Positions 49,135-63,004 of a stretch of 64,000 nt of DNA are shown here, piece after piece. The DNA comes from Squalus acanthias. Lineage: Eukaryota. The notes beneath the pieces were generated by a model that ran no database searches, was not told the DNA's origin, and saw only the letters and a list, made by a program, of their open reading frames with translations. The stretch's first letter is position 1; the number at the start of each line of letters is the position of its first letter. The DNA is taken from positions 131,566,001 through 131,630,000 of the forward strand of contig CM059431.1 in assembly GCA_030390025.1 (NCBI GenBank), written 5' to 3'. The position numbers and the translations under genes were made by a program.

Positions 49135-49400
49135 TAATTTAATGTAGTGCCTTCAATGTAGAAAAAAGTCCCGCAGTGCTTCAGAGGTGTAAGGGGAAAA
49201 ACATGGAGATATTAGGAAGGATGAGTTTTAAGGAGGGTCTTGAAGGAGTGAGAGGTGAAGAGGCAGAGGGATTTAGGGTCGAAATTCCAGAGCACGAGGC
49301 CTAGGCAGCTGAAGCTACAGCCGTCAGTGGTTGGGCAAAGGTATGGGGGGCAGCATGAAATGGTTAAAGTCAGATGAATGGCGAGTTCGAGTGGGATTGT
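49135..49400 (-). mobile_element. L2 3'-end fragment (a short CR1-like fragment abuts it at ~48990-49120)
   Basis: Reverse complement resembles 9400-9530 (gccttcagctg..ggccct..ctctggaatt..cctaaa..ctccttaaaac). Confidence 0.65.
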
Positions 49401-50714
49401 AGCACACCGTAACAGAGGAATTAAGCACTTATTTACTTCAGATCTTTATAATAATGTAAGCTAGAGTTGAAACTGCATAATGAGAATGTTCATTGTTTTC
49501 TGTGTTGCCAAACCTATTGCACTTTGGATTACCAGTGCTTCCAAAGTCTAAAGTATAAATCCAAACATTTGGAACAGATTAGCAAAAGCACCGGATAACC
49601 AGTAGTGACATATGAAAACGAATTTCAGAAGAGTGGGCTTTCACTTAATTAATGTTGTTTTAAACCTTTTGTTGTGTGCATTAGTGTAAATGTGTGATTT
49701 AGTCTTGTTGGAAAAATAATGGCAAATTTACGACACCGCCATTATTAATGCGCAAATCAGTCAGCAGGTTCCGGTGAAGAAGAGATACGGCATGAGTTGT
49801 GAATCACCGTAACTTGCTGGTCGATTTAGTCTGATTTAGTCTGCTCCGCTCTCAACCTCCCCGTTATTCTTAAGAACTTGCTGTATTTACTCATTAAACT
49901 CAAATTAAACTCACCACAGACCAAATTTAAGAGCATAAATACACTTTTAACAACGTGATCATTGTTAATGCAATGCCAATCGACCTTTCCAACCTAGAAA
50001 AGGAACTATTTAAACTGTAGCGTCTCATTCCTGCATATAGTAAATTCTTCTTTGAGATTTAAAACATTTAAATTTTTTCTTGCTTTTCCTTTGTCTCCTT
50101 TTTTCTCTCTCTGTTAATCCAATCTTTATTTCCCTCTCTTTATTCCTTTCTGTCCCTGATTTGACTCTAATTCACCCTGTTTCCTTCTCCATCATTCCTC
50201 TGTTTCTTTCTCAATCCTTTAATCTCATTTGTTAAGGAGATAGACTGTTGGTCCTGCCATTCATCAAGGTCCCAGATGCCCCATTGCCCTCGCTGCGCCG
50301 TCATCAGCTTGCACTTCCAGCAAGTTACAGGGCAAAAATATTTTGAGCTGAAGGGTGTAGGGAAATCGTCTAACTAATGGCGCACGCCGCAAGATGCCCC
50401 GCTCCACCTACATCTGGGCCATTATGTCAGGCCAAGCAGAATATAAATCATCGGAATATGGGTTTAAACGAGCTTCAAAAACTGTGGCTTGGGTTGGGTC
50501 ATGACAATTAGTCCAGGCATCCTGCTGGCTCTAAGTGAGGCAAGAGCTCGGCATCCCTGTTTTTAATTTTGTTTCTCTATTATGTATTGTTTTCTATTTA
50601 AAATTGAAAACTAATGTTAAGCGTTCAGTGTAATTTGACACTATTTACAAAAACATAACAGCTTCTGGGTTAAAGGGGAGCGGGATCAGCTACACCAGCA
50701 TTTTATTGATCTTA

Positions 50715-51090
50715 ATGAAACATAAGATTCTGAGGGGGTTTGACAGGGTAGATGCGGAGAGGATGTTTCCCCTTGTGGGGGAATCTAGAACTAGGGGGCA
50801 TAATTTCAGAATAAAGGGGCACCCTTTTAAATCTGAAATGAGGAGGAATTTCTTCTCTCAGAGGGTCGTGAATCTTTGGAATTCTCTACCCCAGAGAGCT
50901 GTGGAGGCTGCTGGGTCATTGAATATATTTAAGGTGGAGATAGACAGACTTTTGAACAAGGGTTATGGGGAGCGGGCAGGGAAGTGGAGTTGAGGCCAAG
51001 TTCAGATCAGCCATGATCTTATTGAATGGCGGAGCAGACTCGAGGGGCCAAATGGCCTATTCCTGCTCCTATTTCTTATGTTCTTATGTT
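50715..51090 (+). mobile_element. CR1 3'-end fragment
   Basis: KILRGFDRVDAERMFPLVGESRTRGH..FFSQRVVNLWNSLP. 3' UTR like 17815-17890, with a (tcttatgt)n tail. Confidence 0.95.
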
Positions 51091-51240
51091 CATTTACAGT
51101 TCTGTTCTACAGTAACAGAAGAATGAGCAGGTGGCCTGTGTTTAGACTTCAGGTTTCCTTGAAGGAACACTATCTAAATAAAATAGTGTGGACATGCCAT
51201 TTCTGTTTTGTTTTGGGAAAGAAGAATGTTTCACAATAAT

Positions 51241-51983
51241 GGCCCAAAAATTTGTGTTGATACGTGAGAGTACGCACTGTGTACTCTCGCGTATTCTGTC
51301 TCCAATTGCCGGTTTTCTGCATGCACTGCGCATGCGCTGAAAACCGGCACTTGGTGAATGGAAAAGGGGGCGGTTCCTAGGTGAACCGCGTGCACGCTAC
51401 AGGCTGCGCGCATGCAGTGCACTTAGTGGTTTCAACGCGCAGGTAAGTATGGAAGATTTTACACATAAAAAAAGGAGGAGTAAGACCCACTTTTAACAAG
51501 GTAAGTAGTGAATTAAGTATTATTTTGAATTTTTTTTAACAGGTATATCTTTTTTAGAGACTTTAAAGACAGGTAAGTTTATTTTTATAACTTTTTAAAA
51601 GATTTTAAATTTTTTCAAAAATTTAATTTTTTATTTAAAATGGTTAATTTATTTAACTATACTTATTTTATTAATGTGATGGTTTTTTTTAAAATTTAAT
51701 TGAGGTTTAGCTGTTCTTTTGGGGGGCTATAGTATTCATAGCTTTCACAGCACTTATGTGAAAGTTATGAATGGAAGATGGTGTGCTGCCATTGGCTCTA
51801 ACTGAGTCACGTGAACCCACAGCTCGCACGAATTAACTATCCCTGTGGGATACGCAAGCCCAGCACAGCAGCTGTCCAGAACATCAAGTTCGTGCGAGCT
51901 GGAACTGAAAAAGCCAACGCGCAGTGAGAGATCGCGGGGAAGCCTTACCCTCGCACGAAGGCTTCCTCACGAATTTTTGGGCC
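51241..51983. mobile_element. MITE with 16-bp TIRs, probably Harbinger-type
   Basis: ggcccaaaaatttgtg / cacgaatttttgggcc, flanked by aat and att. AT-rich core with GC-richer subterminal regions. Confidence 0.8.
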
Positions 51984-54900
51984 ATTGTCCCACTGAGGAG
52001 ACATAACAGTGCATTTAAATGTGGTGCACTCCATCAAGTCAGGTGTTTGTGAAAAAATGAAGAAAGATTTGCTGAACATTTTTCCCGTCAATTTAATAAA
52101 CTATCCAAAGCTTGAAATAAGCTGACAACTGAAAAATATAGGCTAAACATACTTATTTTTGTACCAAATGTCAGAAGGCCTCAGCGATGTGCTTACATTA
52201 TTGAATATCCCATAGCTAAATAATGCAATATTGTAGTAATGGTGGTATGCTTACTTATAGCACCATAAGATTGTTTATATAGGCATACAAATAACATAGC
52301 CAGACTAAAGCCAATAACATAGTGATGTAAAGAATGCAATAATTAGTCAAAAATTTGGGTAAAGGGAGACCAAGGTCACTTTTAAAAGTCTTTTTTTTTT
52401 TTACACAGTCAAAACACCTTTAATACCAGAACAGAGAAACACATTTGGTAGATTTTTCAGATTCAGAAACGACAGATTAATTTGGAAATCTTGCTTACTT
52501 ATAAAAGTACAGTTTGTGAAACAAGGTTTAAGAATTCCTGCTGTAATTGTAATTTCTAACATCTGCATGGTGACTAGAAATAAATCAGCCTTTGCCCAGA
52601 AAATGTTAAGCTTTTATAGATTCACAAATAAACTAACTCTGACCATGTTTACCAGGAAACATTTTGTGCATAGTATATTTTTATTGATCATTCTAGCAAT
52701 ATTAACTTTGGGTTATTTATAGGAGCATGTGTTGGCTTACTTTGTTTGCATGGAGTCTTCAAGTCTTGCTTTGATCATTATAACTGAGTAAATGATGTAC
52801 CTTTGAAATAAAAAACTGAGGTGAACAAAATCTAAATATGACAATCATTTTAATGTATTAGTATTTCCCTCTTCATCTCTGCCTTGGCATTCCTATTGTC
52901 TGAAGATTTTTAACCTCACTGTGCCTGAATTGTGTTATACAACACCATGTAATGTTGGTGCATCTTAAATCGAATGAACACTAAACCAACTCTACCAAGG
53001 CAACATTATATAATGGAAAGTTCCCAATCCTGAAAGTATCACATTCTGTCTTTATGGGAGAAATACATGGAAATTTCTAAACAGTACAATACTAAACCAC
53101 CATTTAAGATTAAATCTGATTCTTTTTGTTCAGTTATTGTAATTAGTTGAGATGATTTGAGTTTACCTGCTCCCACTCTGAGATCCCACTCAGGTCTGGA
53201 ATCCCAGCTCCTGTCAGCTGCTGCCTCACTTAAGCTGCGATTATACTGGTGCTGTTTTATTTTGCATTCTAGGAAAGTGTCATCAGCGAACGGGCCCCTT
53301 GAGTTTGGTTCACTTATCCCAGCAACGGAATAGTAGTCCTGGTTTTTATTGGGTCTGTGATGCTGCCAACAAGATAAGTATTGTAAACGTGAGACAGCTT
53401 ACAGAATCTGAACTAAAAACAGCTGGAAGTACCACCACCAACACACGACTCCTGGATAAGTGCAGCCATTTGTATTTTGGGATTTTTACTCCAGGATTTT
53501 TCTCGGGTTCAGCATCTCAGAGCATTCCTTTAGGTGAGCCCCAGCTTTTTACAAACTAGATTTCACCTGCCCAATATCTAGGTATTTTATTAGTAAACCT
53601 AAGAATCAAGCAGAAAACTCTTGTCACTGTATTTTGCTTCACTAATTATATTTGACTGGGACAAAGGAAATTCAGATATGTATCTCAAACTCAAGTGGAG
53701 CTTCTAATCAAATATATATTCATATATATGAAGGGACTTGGCCCTTACCTCAGATACCTCTCACAAACGGGAGTGCCACGATTTTCCTCTTAGGTGGAAA
53801 CGGGATTTGAAGTCAGTATGTCAGGGCTTTGCACCCACTAGCTGCTGCTAACCCGAATAGATTTGTGGAATCAGCTTAATTAGCATGATTCCTGTCTGCA
53901 CCATAGACATCCCACTGATGGGGAGGTCTCGGGTGTCTGCAACAGCAGAGTGGGGCTCTCTGCCTCCGGTGATAATGAAAAAGGATCAATTTTTACACAA
54001 ATGTAAAAATTTGCAGGGTAAAGGAGTGCAGTTGATCACCTGCCACCTGCAAAAGCAACACTCGCCAGCAGTAACATGTTGGCATCCGTTGCACCCAGCA
54101 TTGCTACAATGGTAATGACAGGAAATCCAATGTCATCATCCTATCATTGGTCACTTTGAATATGCGCATTCCTCTTTGGGCTGACGAATTGAACAGCTGC
54201 TGTCATTTTCAGTGGCACATTCTCAGCTGGTGATGACTGGCGGGGACCCAGCAGAATGGCTCTCCACCCAATTTTCTGTCTGAAATTGGGCAGAGTGGCA
54301 GTGAACGATCCTATCTGGCATGATCTGCACCATTGGAGTGGTGAGCCAGGCTTTGCATCCACCTGGCTGTCTCACTACTGGTCTTGGCGAAGCTTTTGGG
54401 GTCAGCCTCATTTGCATATTTGTAGCAGGGTCCTGGCACGATTGCGGCCTGCTCACCAGTGGAAGGCGAGGTGGGAAATGGCTCCTGCTGCAGGAATTGG
54501 ATGCCTGGAGCAGCTTTAAGGGGCAGGCAGTCTCGAAGATTTAACTAAGTTTGCCGGCTCCGATCAAATGGCAAGTTCTACCATTCATGTATGACATCAG
54601 TTTGTCATTACTTCTTCATTAGAATACACGCAACTAAATTCGGGCGGGCACCTCTGGTACCCTTTTGTCACTTCCGGTGGAAAATATGATGAGCACGAAA
54701 ATGGGCTGGGATATGGTCTAATGGGTCTCCCCCAACCCCCACCCCCCTAATTTTCTGTCATTACCTGGACTAATTCCATCATTAAATCAGCGGGAAGGCA
54801 GAGGAAGTAATACCTAACATCTGTTAAGGGGCTATTGTGCAACGCAATAAGCTGGGTCAGTTTCTTTGAGTGAATCTAGTTTTAACCCCATACACACCTG

Positions 54901-55240
54901 ACAGAAATAAGCCAATACCATAATGATTTATAGACAAAAGCGCTTAATTTTTGTCACAATTAATTCTGCCAATTTTCCAAATGTAGAAAAGCAGACTTCT
55001 AATGTTGACTATCCACCTACAATGTGGCCAGTTGGTATATGTGCCTTTGCTCTACTTGCTTGTTTACATGACGGTCTGCAAACACAAACTACAGAGTTAG
55101 TGCTTCTCTTTTTCCTGTTTATGCCAAACCACTAACTACGATGGTTGGAAAGAAAACAAATAGTGAAAATGCCAAATAAAGAGGTTATTTTTTTCAAGCA
55201 ATTTATGAGAGTGAGATCGCAAGTCCATTCATAAAATATT

Positions 55241-56271
55241 GGGGGGTGATTTTCCCCAGATACTTTAAGCAATAAAGAGCCTCTGAGATGGCCAAGGTGG
55301 GGTTTTAAGCTGAAACGTCGGTTTAGCTTGTGTTTAGCACAAGACTCCATCTTGGTAAAGGAGTTGAAGCCTGTGCTAGGAATGGCCGCCCGGAGGATCG
55401 GTAAGCAGCTGATTGCCACTTAAATTGCATGCTAGAGCTCATCAAGGAGGCTGCGCGGTATTTTGGTGGCTAACACTTGACCTAACACCCTCTCCAACAG
55501 CGAGCAGCTGACTGGAGGTAAACTAGTCGTTGCTGAGGATTTCAAGCGATACTTAAAGGTATATCACCTTTTACTGTTCACTTGCTGCTGGAGGTTTGAA
55601 GAAGACTTTTGAAACACATCGGAAGATTTTCTAGGACACTTTGTCAAGACTTCACCAACACTCTATCAATATTTATTCCTGAAATTATCTGAGGATTTCA
55701 CATAAAGAGAGTGAGTGCTGTGCTACTCTACATATCGGACACCTTATAGGAGTCACCAGGAGAAAGGGAGTGCTTGGTCATCAGCATCTTGCTAGGGGTC
55801 CCCCTTGGTCTGGACGAGAAATGGGAGGAGGACATGAGGCCAGCCAGAGCAGCAACAGCTGCTGCAGGAGAGAGGAACAGGAGGGCGAGTTGGACTCCTT
55901 CTCCCCTGTGGGTGCAGGATATCACTCCTCCTCCGGACCTCCTCCACCAGGACCTCCAGTGCCACGTCCGAGAACCTGCGCGCCCTCTCACTCGGTCCCC
56001 GCACCATCCTGAAACGTGCCGCTGTGTGTCAGCCAACACACTCCACTCCTTCAGTAGAAGTGGGTGGGTGGAGCCCACATATACTGCTCCATGAAAATTG
56101 CATGCTATACCTGCAGGCATCTCTGTTTTAGAACCTCCAAGCAAGTTCAAATTATGGTAATCAGCAATTAGGACCAAAATTGTGTGCTAAAACCAGACTT
56201 AAACAGGCATGTCTTATTAGTACTGCACTCATTTAGCACCTGTTATCACCCTTTCCCTAAAATAGCCCCCC
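55241..56271 (+). mobile_element. Non-autonomous Harbinger deletion derivative, copy 3 (both ends present)
   Basis: Ends ggggggtgatttt / aaaatagcccccc. Transposase-like start ILLGVPLGLDEKWEE on +, and Myb-like start MVRGPSERARRFSDVALEVLVEEVRRRSDIL on - (ORF 55792..56007). Confidence 0.85.
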
Positions 56272-56300
56272 TGGATATTTGTGGAATATTTATAATGATG

Positions 56301-57110
56301 CAAAAAGAAAATACTGCAGATGCTGGAAATCTGAAATAAAAACAGAAAATTCTGGAAATACTCAGCAGGTCAGGCAGCATCTGTGAAGAGAGAAACAGAG
56401 TTAACGTTTCAGGTCGATTACCTTTCGTCAGAACTGGAAAAAAGCAGGAAATGGAACAGATTTTTAAGCAAGTGTAGGAGCTGGGAAAGGGGGGAGGGGA
56501 TGAAAGAACAAAAGGGAAGGTCTGTGATAGGCTGGAAGGCAGGAGAGGTTAAGAGACATTGAGAGACATTCAAGGCAAAAGGAGATGGTAATGGGACAGG
56601 TTAAGAAACAAAGGATGGCTCGAGATGAAGTGTAAATTGCGCTGGCAGAATGGAAGACAGCTGCCCTGTGGGAGAGAAGAACAGAACAAAAGTGTGGATA
56701 AAAAATATATATATATATATGTTATGATCTGAAATTGTTGAACTCTATGTTGAGTCCAGAAGGCTGTAAAGTGCCTAATCGAAAGATGAGGTGCTGTTCC
56801 TTGAGCTTACGCTGCGCTTCCATGGAACAATGCAAGAGGCCGAGGATGGTGAGGTCTGAGTGGGAGTGAAGTGGTGAATTAAAATGACAAGCGACTGGAA
56901 GCTCGGGGTCCCCCTTACAGACTGAACGGAGGTGTTCCGCAAAGCGGTCACCCAATCTGCGTTTGGTCTCCCCAATGTAGAGGAGACCACATCGTGAGCA
57001 GCGAATACAGTATACTGAATTGCAAGAAGTACAAGTAAATCGCTGTTTCACCTGGAAGGGGTGTTTGGGGCCCTGGACAGTGGGAAGTGGGGAGGTATAA
57101 GGGCATGTGT
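56301..57110 (-). mobile_element. Penelope-like element 3' portion: GIY-YIG endonuclease C-terminus plus terminal repeat
   Basis: FTCTSCNSVYCIRCSRCGLLYIGETKRRLGDRFAEH...VACHF...EQHLIFRLGTLQPSGLN, followed by a terminal region carrying a hammerhead motif. Confidence 0.93.
56399..56435 (-). ncRNA. Minimal type I hammerhead ribozyme motif in the Penelope terminal repeat
   Basis: Minus strand reads AGUU-CUGACGA-A-AGGU-aaucg-ACCU-GAAA-CG-UU-AACU: stem I AGUU/AACU, CUGANGA core, stem II AGGU/ACCU, GAAA, and a palindromic short stem III. Confidence 0.75.
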
Positions 57111-57415
57111 TGAATCTATAATGATGTGCTGGGTCAATCTGAAAATGTAAGCAATTCAATTTAATTGGAGAGTGAGAGAAATCTATCATTGACATCTGTC
57201 ACTTTATTGATTGCTTGAATTTCATTTCATAAAGTCTAAAATATTAAAGCTGAAAAAAGCTTTTAGATAATATTAAAAACAAGGACAGGAATCGTTGAAC
57301 AGGAAACACTATTCCCTGCCCTTGTGTTTTAAGGACATGATTCACGCCATAGAGTTTCTCCAAGTTCGTGTCATGCTGTTTATGTTTGTCAGTATTGGGA
57401 AGGATATGAGCCTTC

Positions 57416-58089
57416 GGCGGAAAAAATTGGATTGCTTTGCGCCTCCAGCTAGCAAAGTCCCTAGCGCCCGGACGTGGTGCCGCTAACGCCTCCCGCGAAA
57501 TTCAGCGGGATGTTAGCGGCGGCGGTAGCCGGCAGCACCCCGTGGTGGGGCGCCGCCGGCGATGACATCATTGCCATGTGCAGCGCCCCGGCCGCAAACT
57601 TCCCTTGCGCCGATATGTCCGACCAGTTCAGGGGGCGTTTTGGTAGCAGCGGTGGCGCAAATTAAAGGGCAGGTGCCAGGCGGCCATTTTCCTTTTGGCC
57701 GACTGCCAGCACCTGCTCCTTCTTACCTCTGTATGTGGCGTGCTGGCCACGACCGCTCAGCCCGGCACTCCTTGAGTGCCGGACTATTTTCCCGGCACCC
57801 CGCTCCCTGGTGTGCGCAGCGCTAGGCCCCTCCCCTTTAATCGGGGGAGGAGGCCTGCAATGACGTGGCGCTACGTGCCGCCGCACATAGCGTTGTTGCA
57901 CGTAGCGCTGCAAAATTGACTGGTAGCGCCCCAAGAAGGAGGGGGAGCGCTTTCCAATAGCGCCCCGCCTCCTGCTTGGAGCGCTACTATTGAATTTATG
58001 GCGTAGGGGCGCTAACTTTTTCAGGGTGCTAAAATTAGCGCCCCGGCAACGTTAGCGCCCCAAAGGGGACGCCAACGAATTTTCCCCCC
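57416..58089 (+). mobile_element. GC-rich Harbinger-type MITE, subfamily A
   Basis: Colinear with 4547-5268. TIRs ggcggaaaaaatt / aattttcccccc. Flanks ttc/ttt form an imperfect TSD. Confidence 0.88.
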
Positions 58090-58436
58090 TTTGGGTTTTA
58101 GGCACCCCCCCAAATGGGTGGATAGAAATTCAATGAGGAGCATTGCTGTTCAGTGTAAAAGTGGAGAAGCATTAGGGTGCAAAACTGTTGGTACCCAAAC
58201 AGTGCCAATTTGGAGGAACTATTCCAGAATTAAGCATTTGACTGAAAGCTTGGTTATGGTCACTGATTTAATCCAGTAATACTTAAGAGTAAGTACCAGT
58301 CAAATAATCTACAAAGTAATTGTCCCAGATAGATTTCAGAGTGCAAATATGGTATCTGGTTTCCCTTTGTACACAAAGCCCAAAATTTATTTTCGTTATG
58401 CATCAGTGACATTTTCACATACTTATTGTAAATGTA

Positions 58437-60585
58437 AACTCTCTCCCAACTCTCTTACAACTGCACTTACAAAATCCCAACTATCCAGCCTTTGGCCCTC
58501 CATTCACCACGACATTTCTGCAGTTACCGATCTGCTCAACTACACCCTCACCACCACCTTTGATGCCCTACTCCCTGTTAAAACAATTACCCTCTGTCAC
58601 CCTGGCCGTTCCCCCTTGTATGGCCCTCATCTTTGCTCCCTTAAGTCCAAGGGACGCAGACTCGAACAGATATGGCGGACAACTGGCTTAGCTATTCACC
58701 GCCAGATCTGGATGGACCACATAAAGCATTATTGGGTCCTGCTCGCGTCTGCCAAAACTGCTCACTATTGCAGAATCTTTCTGGAATGCAAAGCTAATCC
58801 CTGGCTTCTATTCTCTAATGCTGACTGTCTTCTTAAGCCCCTTTCCCGTCTCCTCCACCTTCACCTCCGATAACAAGTATGAGGAGCTCATGGACTTCTT
58901 TGTCTCTAAGATTGAGACCATCCGTTCAGCTGCCTCTGCCACTTCCCTTCCTTCGCCTAGCCCACCGGGCCAAACTTCCTCTAAGGTTCCCCCCTGCCCT
59001 AGCCCTGAACTCGCTACTTTCTCCAGTTTCTCTCTGACCTCCCCTCATGACCTCTCTATGCTCGTCTTGTCCATGAGACCTATTTCCTGCTTCCTCGACC
59101 CTATTCCCACCAAACTGCTGACACCCAACTTCTTTTCCTGGCTCCCACGTTAGCTGACATTGTTAACGGTTCTCTCTCCTCAGGTACTGTCCCCCTCTCC
59201 CTCAAATCTGCTGTCATCACCACTCTCCTCAAAAAATTAACCCTTGACCCCTCCATCCTTGCAAACTACCACCCCATCGCCAACCTCCCTTTCCTCTCCA
59301 AAGTCCTTGAACGCGTTGTCGCCTCCAAAATCCATGCCCATCTTTCCCACAACTCCATGTTTGAATCGCTCCAATCAGGTTTCCGCCCCGCCACAGTACC
59401 GAAACGGCTCTCAAAGTCACAAATGACATCCTTTGTAACTGTGACAAAGGTAAACTATCCCTCCTTGTCCTTCTCGACTTGTCTGCAGCTTTTGACACAG
59501 TTGACCACTCCATCCTCCTCCAACGTCTCTCCACCTGGTTCCATTCTTATCTATCTAATCGTAGCTGTAGAATCACCTGCAATGGCTTCTCTTCCCACTC
59601 CCGCATTGTTACCTCTGGTGTCCCCCAAGGATCTATCCTTGGCCCCCTCCTATTTCTCATCTACATGCTGCCCCTTGGCGACATCATCTGAAAACACAGC
59701 ATCAGTTTCCACATGTACGCTGACCACACCCAGCTCTATCTCACCACCACTTCTCTCGACCCCTTCCCCGGTTTCTAAATTGTCAGACTGCTTGTCTGAC
59801 ATCCAGTTCTGGATGAGCAGGAATTTTCTCCAATTAAATATTGGGAAGACCGAAGCCATTGTTTTCGGTACCCGCCACAAACTCCGTTCCCTAGCCACTG
59901 CCTCCATCCCTCTCCCTAGCATGTCTGAGGCTGAACCACACTGTTCACAACCTTGGTGTCATATTTGACCCTAAAATGAGCTTCCGACCACATATCCATG
60001 GCATAACAAAGACCGCCTATTTCCACCTCCATAACATCACCCGTCTCTGCCTTTGCCTCAGCTCATCCGCTGCTGAAACCCTCATCCATGCCTTTGTTAC
60101 CTCTAGACTTGACTATTCCAACTCACTCCTGGCTGGCCTCCCATGTTCTACCCTACATAAACTTGAGATCATCCAAAACTCGGCTGGCCATGTCCTAATT
60201 CGGACTAAGTCCCATTCACCCATCACCCTTGTGCTCGCTGACCTACATTGGCTCCCGGTTAAGCAGCGCCTCAATTTCAAACTTCTCATCCTTGTTTTCA
60301 AATCCCTCCATGGCCTCGCCCCTCCCTATCTCTGTAATCCCCTCCAGCCCCACAACGCCCCCCTCCCACCCAGAGATATCTGCGCTCCTCTAATTTTGCC
60401 CACTTGAGCATCCCTGATTATAATCGCTCAACCATTGGTGGCCGTGCCTTCTGTTGCCTAAGCCCTGAGCTCTGGAATTCCCTACCTAAACCTCTCCGCC
60501 TCTATCCTCCTTTAAGACACTCCTTAAAACCTACTTCTTTGACCAAGCTTTTGGTCATCTGCCCTAATTTCTCCTTATGTGGCTC
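58437..60585 (+). mobile_element. L2-clade LINE, longer 5'-truncated fragment
   Basis: [62 protein letters not shown] and LHWLPVKQR motifs, with multiple frameshifts. Confidence 0.95.
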
Positions 60586-62084
60586 TGGATTGAGAATGCA
60601 GTTTTACTGCTACTTTTGTATTGATGCAAAGTGGTTTTGAGTATACATAAGCACAAGCGTCTTCCATGAGGCTGTTTTACACCAATTTGAGTTCATACAG
60701 AATACAGTTTAACTCCATCCTGAGGAGTTACCCACAATAAAAAAATAGATATCAAATGTAGATAACACGGTGCATAGGAGGTAAGGACCAGACCTGGCTT
60801 GGATAGAATTCAAACAGTGGTTATGGAAGGATCTTGAGACTAGGAAGGGGAACATTTGGGAGTATATTGACTACCTCAGTGTGATACATAAGGACCTGTT
60901 ACCTGGTGGTAAAATATATAACATGTTTTGAAACCAGTTTCTGGATTGAGATTAGTGGACTTCAGCCTCTTCATGCCAAAACAAACCTCTGAACTGGGCT
61001 TCCAAGCCGCATCACTCATTTCAGAATAGCCTGCCTTTTCTCTGAAGATGGAAGAAGAAATTTATGAAGTCTTGTAGCATCCATTTTTTCCAAACTAAAC
61101 ATATTTCTACTATACATAAACATTATGCAGCTTATATTTAAGGGAATTAACACTTAATTTTAAAATGAAATTTTAGTTGCATATTAGTTGCAGACTTGTG
61201 CTTGTCCGTACACGAATGACAAGATTACTTACCATCTCCGTGCATTCTATTTGTGAGTGAATAGTAATTTTAAGCAAAACTTCAAATATATTTCTTTTGA
61301 AAAAATACTGTATTCTGTATGAGTGCACAATTAACATTCAGCATTTCATGAACTGTATTGCAGAGTGGCTTTGATCTCAAGCTGATTTGTCAAGGAAGAA
61401 ATGAACATTTGTGTGAAGTATAACTGCCGCTGCCTCACATGCTTCTGTTAATGCAAGATTATCTGACAAATGTTTTATTAAAGCGCGTGCGGAATACGCA
61501 GACAGCCAGATGTAACCAAGACTAAACTCATTTATTATATATTAAATTTACTACATGAGGCACACTTTTCAATGAATGTTTTCCTTGTGAAGCTTACTCC
61601 TTTAGAGAATCCGGTTATAGTACCTGTAATACCTGATCACCCATAGTTGGCAATAGGTGTTTTCAGTGTTAAGGGTGTCAGGCTTTGTCAGTCATAGATT
61701 CACCCAGTCTGGTGACCCACACAGTAGGTGTGATTGTGCTGGTAAAAATTTACCATTACATATATATATTCTTAAGAATAAATAAAGTTTGTTTTCTCCT
61801 CTTAATTTGCCTGATTTCAATATTTAAAAAAATGTATTTAGATGTCTTCATTTGTTTATGTCACTCACACCTGGTGTCCTCTTCATGACTCCTGCTTTCT
61901 TGCCCTCTAACTGTTTCAGTTTTAAAATAAATATATCTCTTTAGACTTTAATAGTAATTTGTATATCCAGAGATCAAATTGGTCCCATTTTCATCGCCCT
62001 TAAGCTGTCCATGCCCCCTCTCCATGATCAAGCTTCCTCTCCGTGCCTCCCTGGATGCCTCCGCTGCCCTTGTGATGGCACCTA

Positions 62085-62737
62085 GGGGGAAAAATTCGGT
62101 TGATTTGCGCCTCCCGGGGCGCAAAGCAACTAGTGCCCGGGCGCGGCACCGCTAACGCCTGAAATTCAGCGGGAGGTTAGCAGCGGCGATAACTGTTCAT
62201 GCCATCGCCGTGCGCAGCGCCCCCTGACTTACCGCCGGACGCTATGTCCGATAGGGTCATGGGGGCCTACCTGTGGCTGAGGCGGCGCAAATTAAAGGGG
62301 AGGTGCTGGGTGGCTATTTTTGTTGCTGGCTGCCTGCCAGCACCTGCCCCCGTTGCTGTCCCCGGCCTCATGTGAAGCCCCTCCCCCCCACGGGGTGCCG
62401 GCTGCGCTCTGTGAGCCCAGCACTTCTCTTGAATGCTGGGCTCTTTTGCTGGCACTCCGATCCCTGCTGGCCCAGCTGGGCCCCGGGTTGCGTTGCACTA
62501 GGCCCCTCCCCTTTAATAAGAGGCGGAAGTCCTGCAGTAGCGTGGTGTGACATGCGCTGCGGCACATAGCGCCACGATATTCACTCGCAGCGCCCAAAGA
62601 TGGAGGCGGGGCGCTTCCAGTAGTGCCCCGCTTCCCTCTTTCGGCGCTACCAGTGAATTTCGGGTGTGGGGGCGCTAATTTTTTTGTGTCCCGGTGAAGT
62701 TAGCGCCCCAAAGGGGGCGCGACCCAATTTTGCCCCC
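62085..62737 (+). mobile_element. GC-rich Harbinger-type MITE, subfamily A
   Basis: TIRs gggggaaaaatt / aattttgccccc. CTA TSD at 62082-62084 and 62738-62740. Colinear with 4547-5268, with deletions. Confidence 0.88.
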
Positions 62738-63004
62738 CTACTGTTTTCACCAGTATCCCTACTCCTGCTCATGTGCCTGTCCCACCCTGTCTTTGATCCT
62801 CTTGCTGGGCTAAGGCTGCAAACACAGCTTTGTCGTGTCTGGCAGTTTGTTTTGAAGCATCTCTTTTTTAAAAAAATATTAGTCCCTTTCCAAGGCCCCA
62901 AAGCCACCAAGATGAGTCTGCAACTTATCCTTCTCCATTAACCTTGAAGGAACTCTTGATTATATAGAAGCCAGTTTTTTTTTTAGAACAAACAAAATTG
63001 CATT

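Noticed and set aside
49720..50420. Possible further Harbinger-like non-autonomous element (also ~53760-54810)
   Set aside because: The composition and one TIR-like end are suggestive, but I could not find paired TIRs, a TSD or a second copy in the window.
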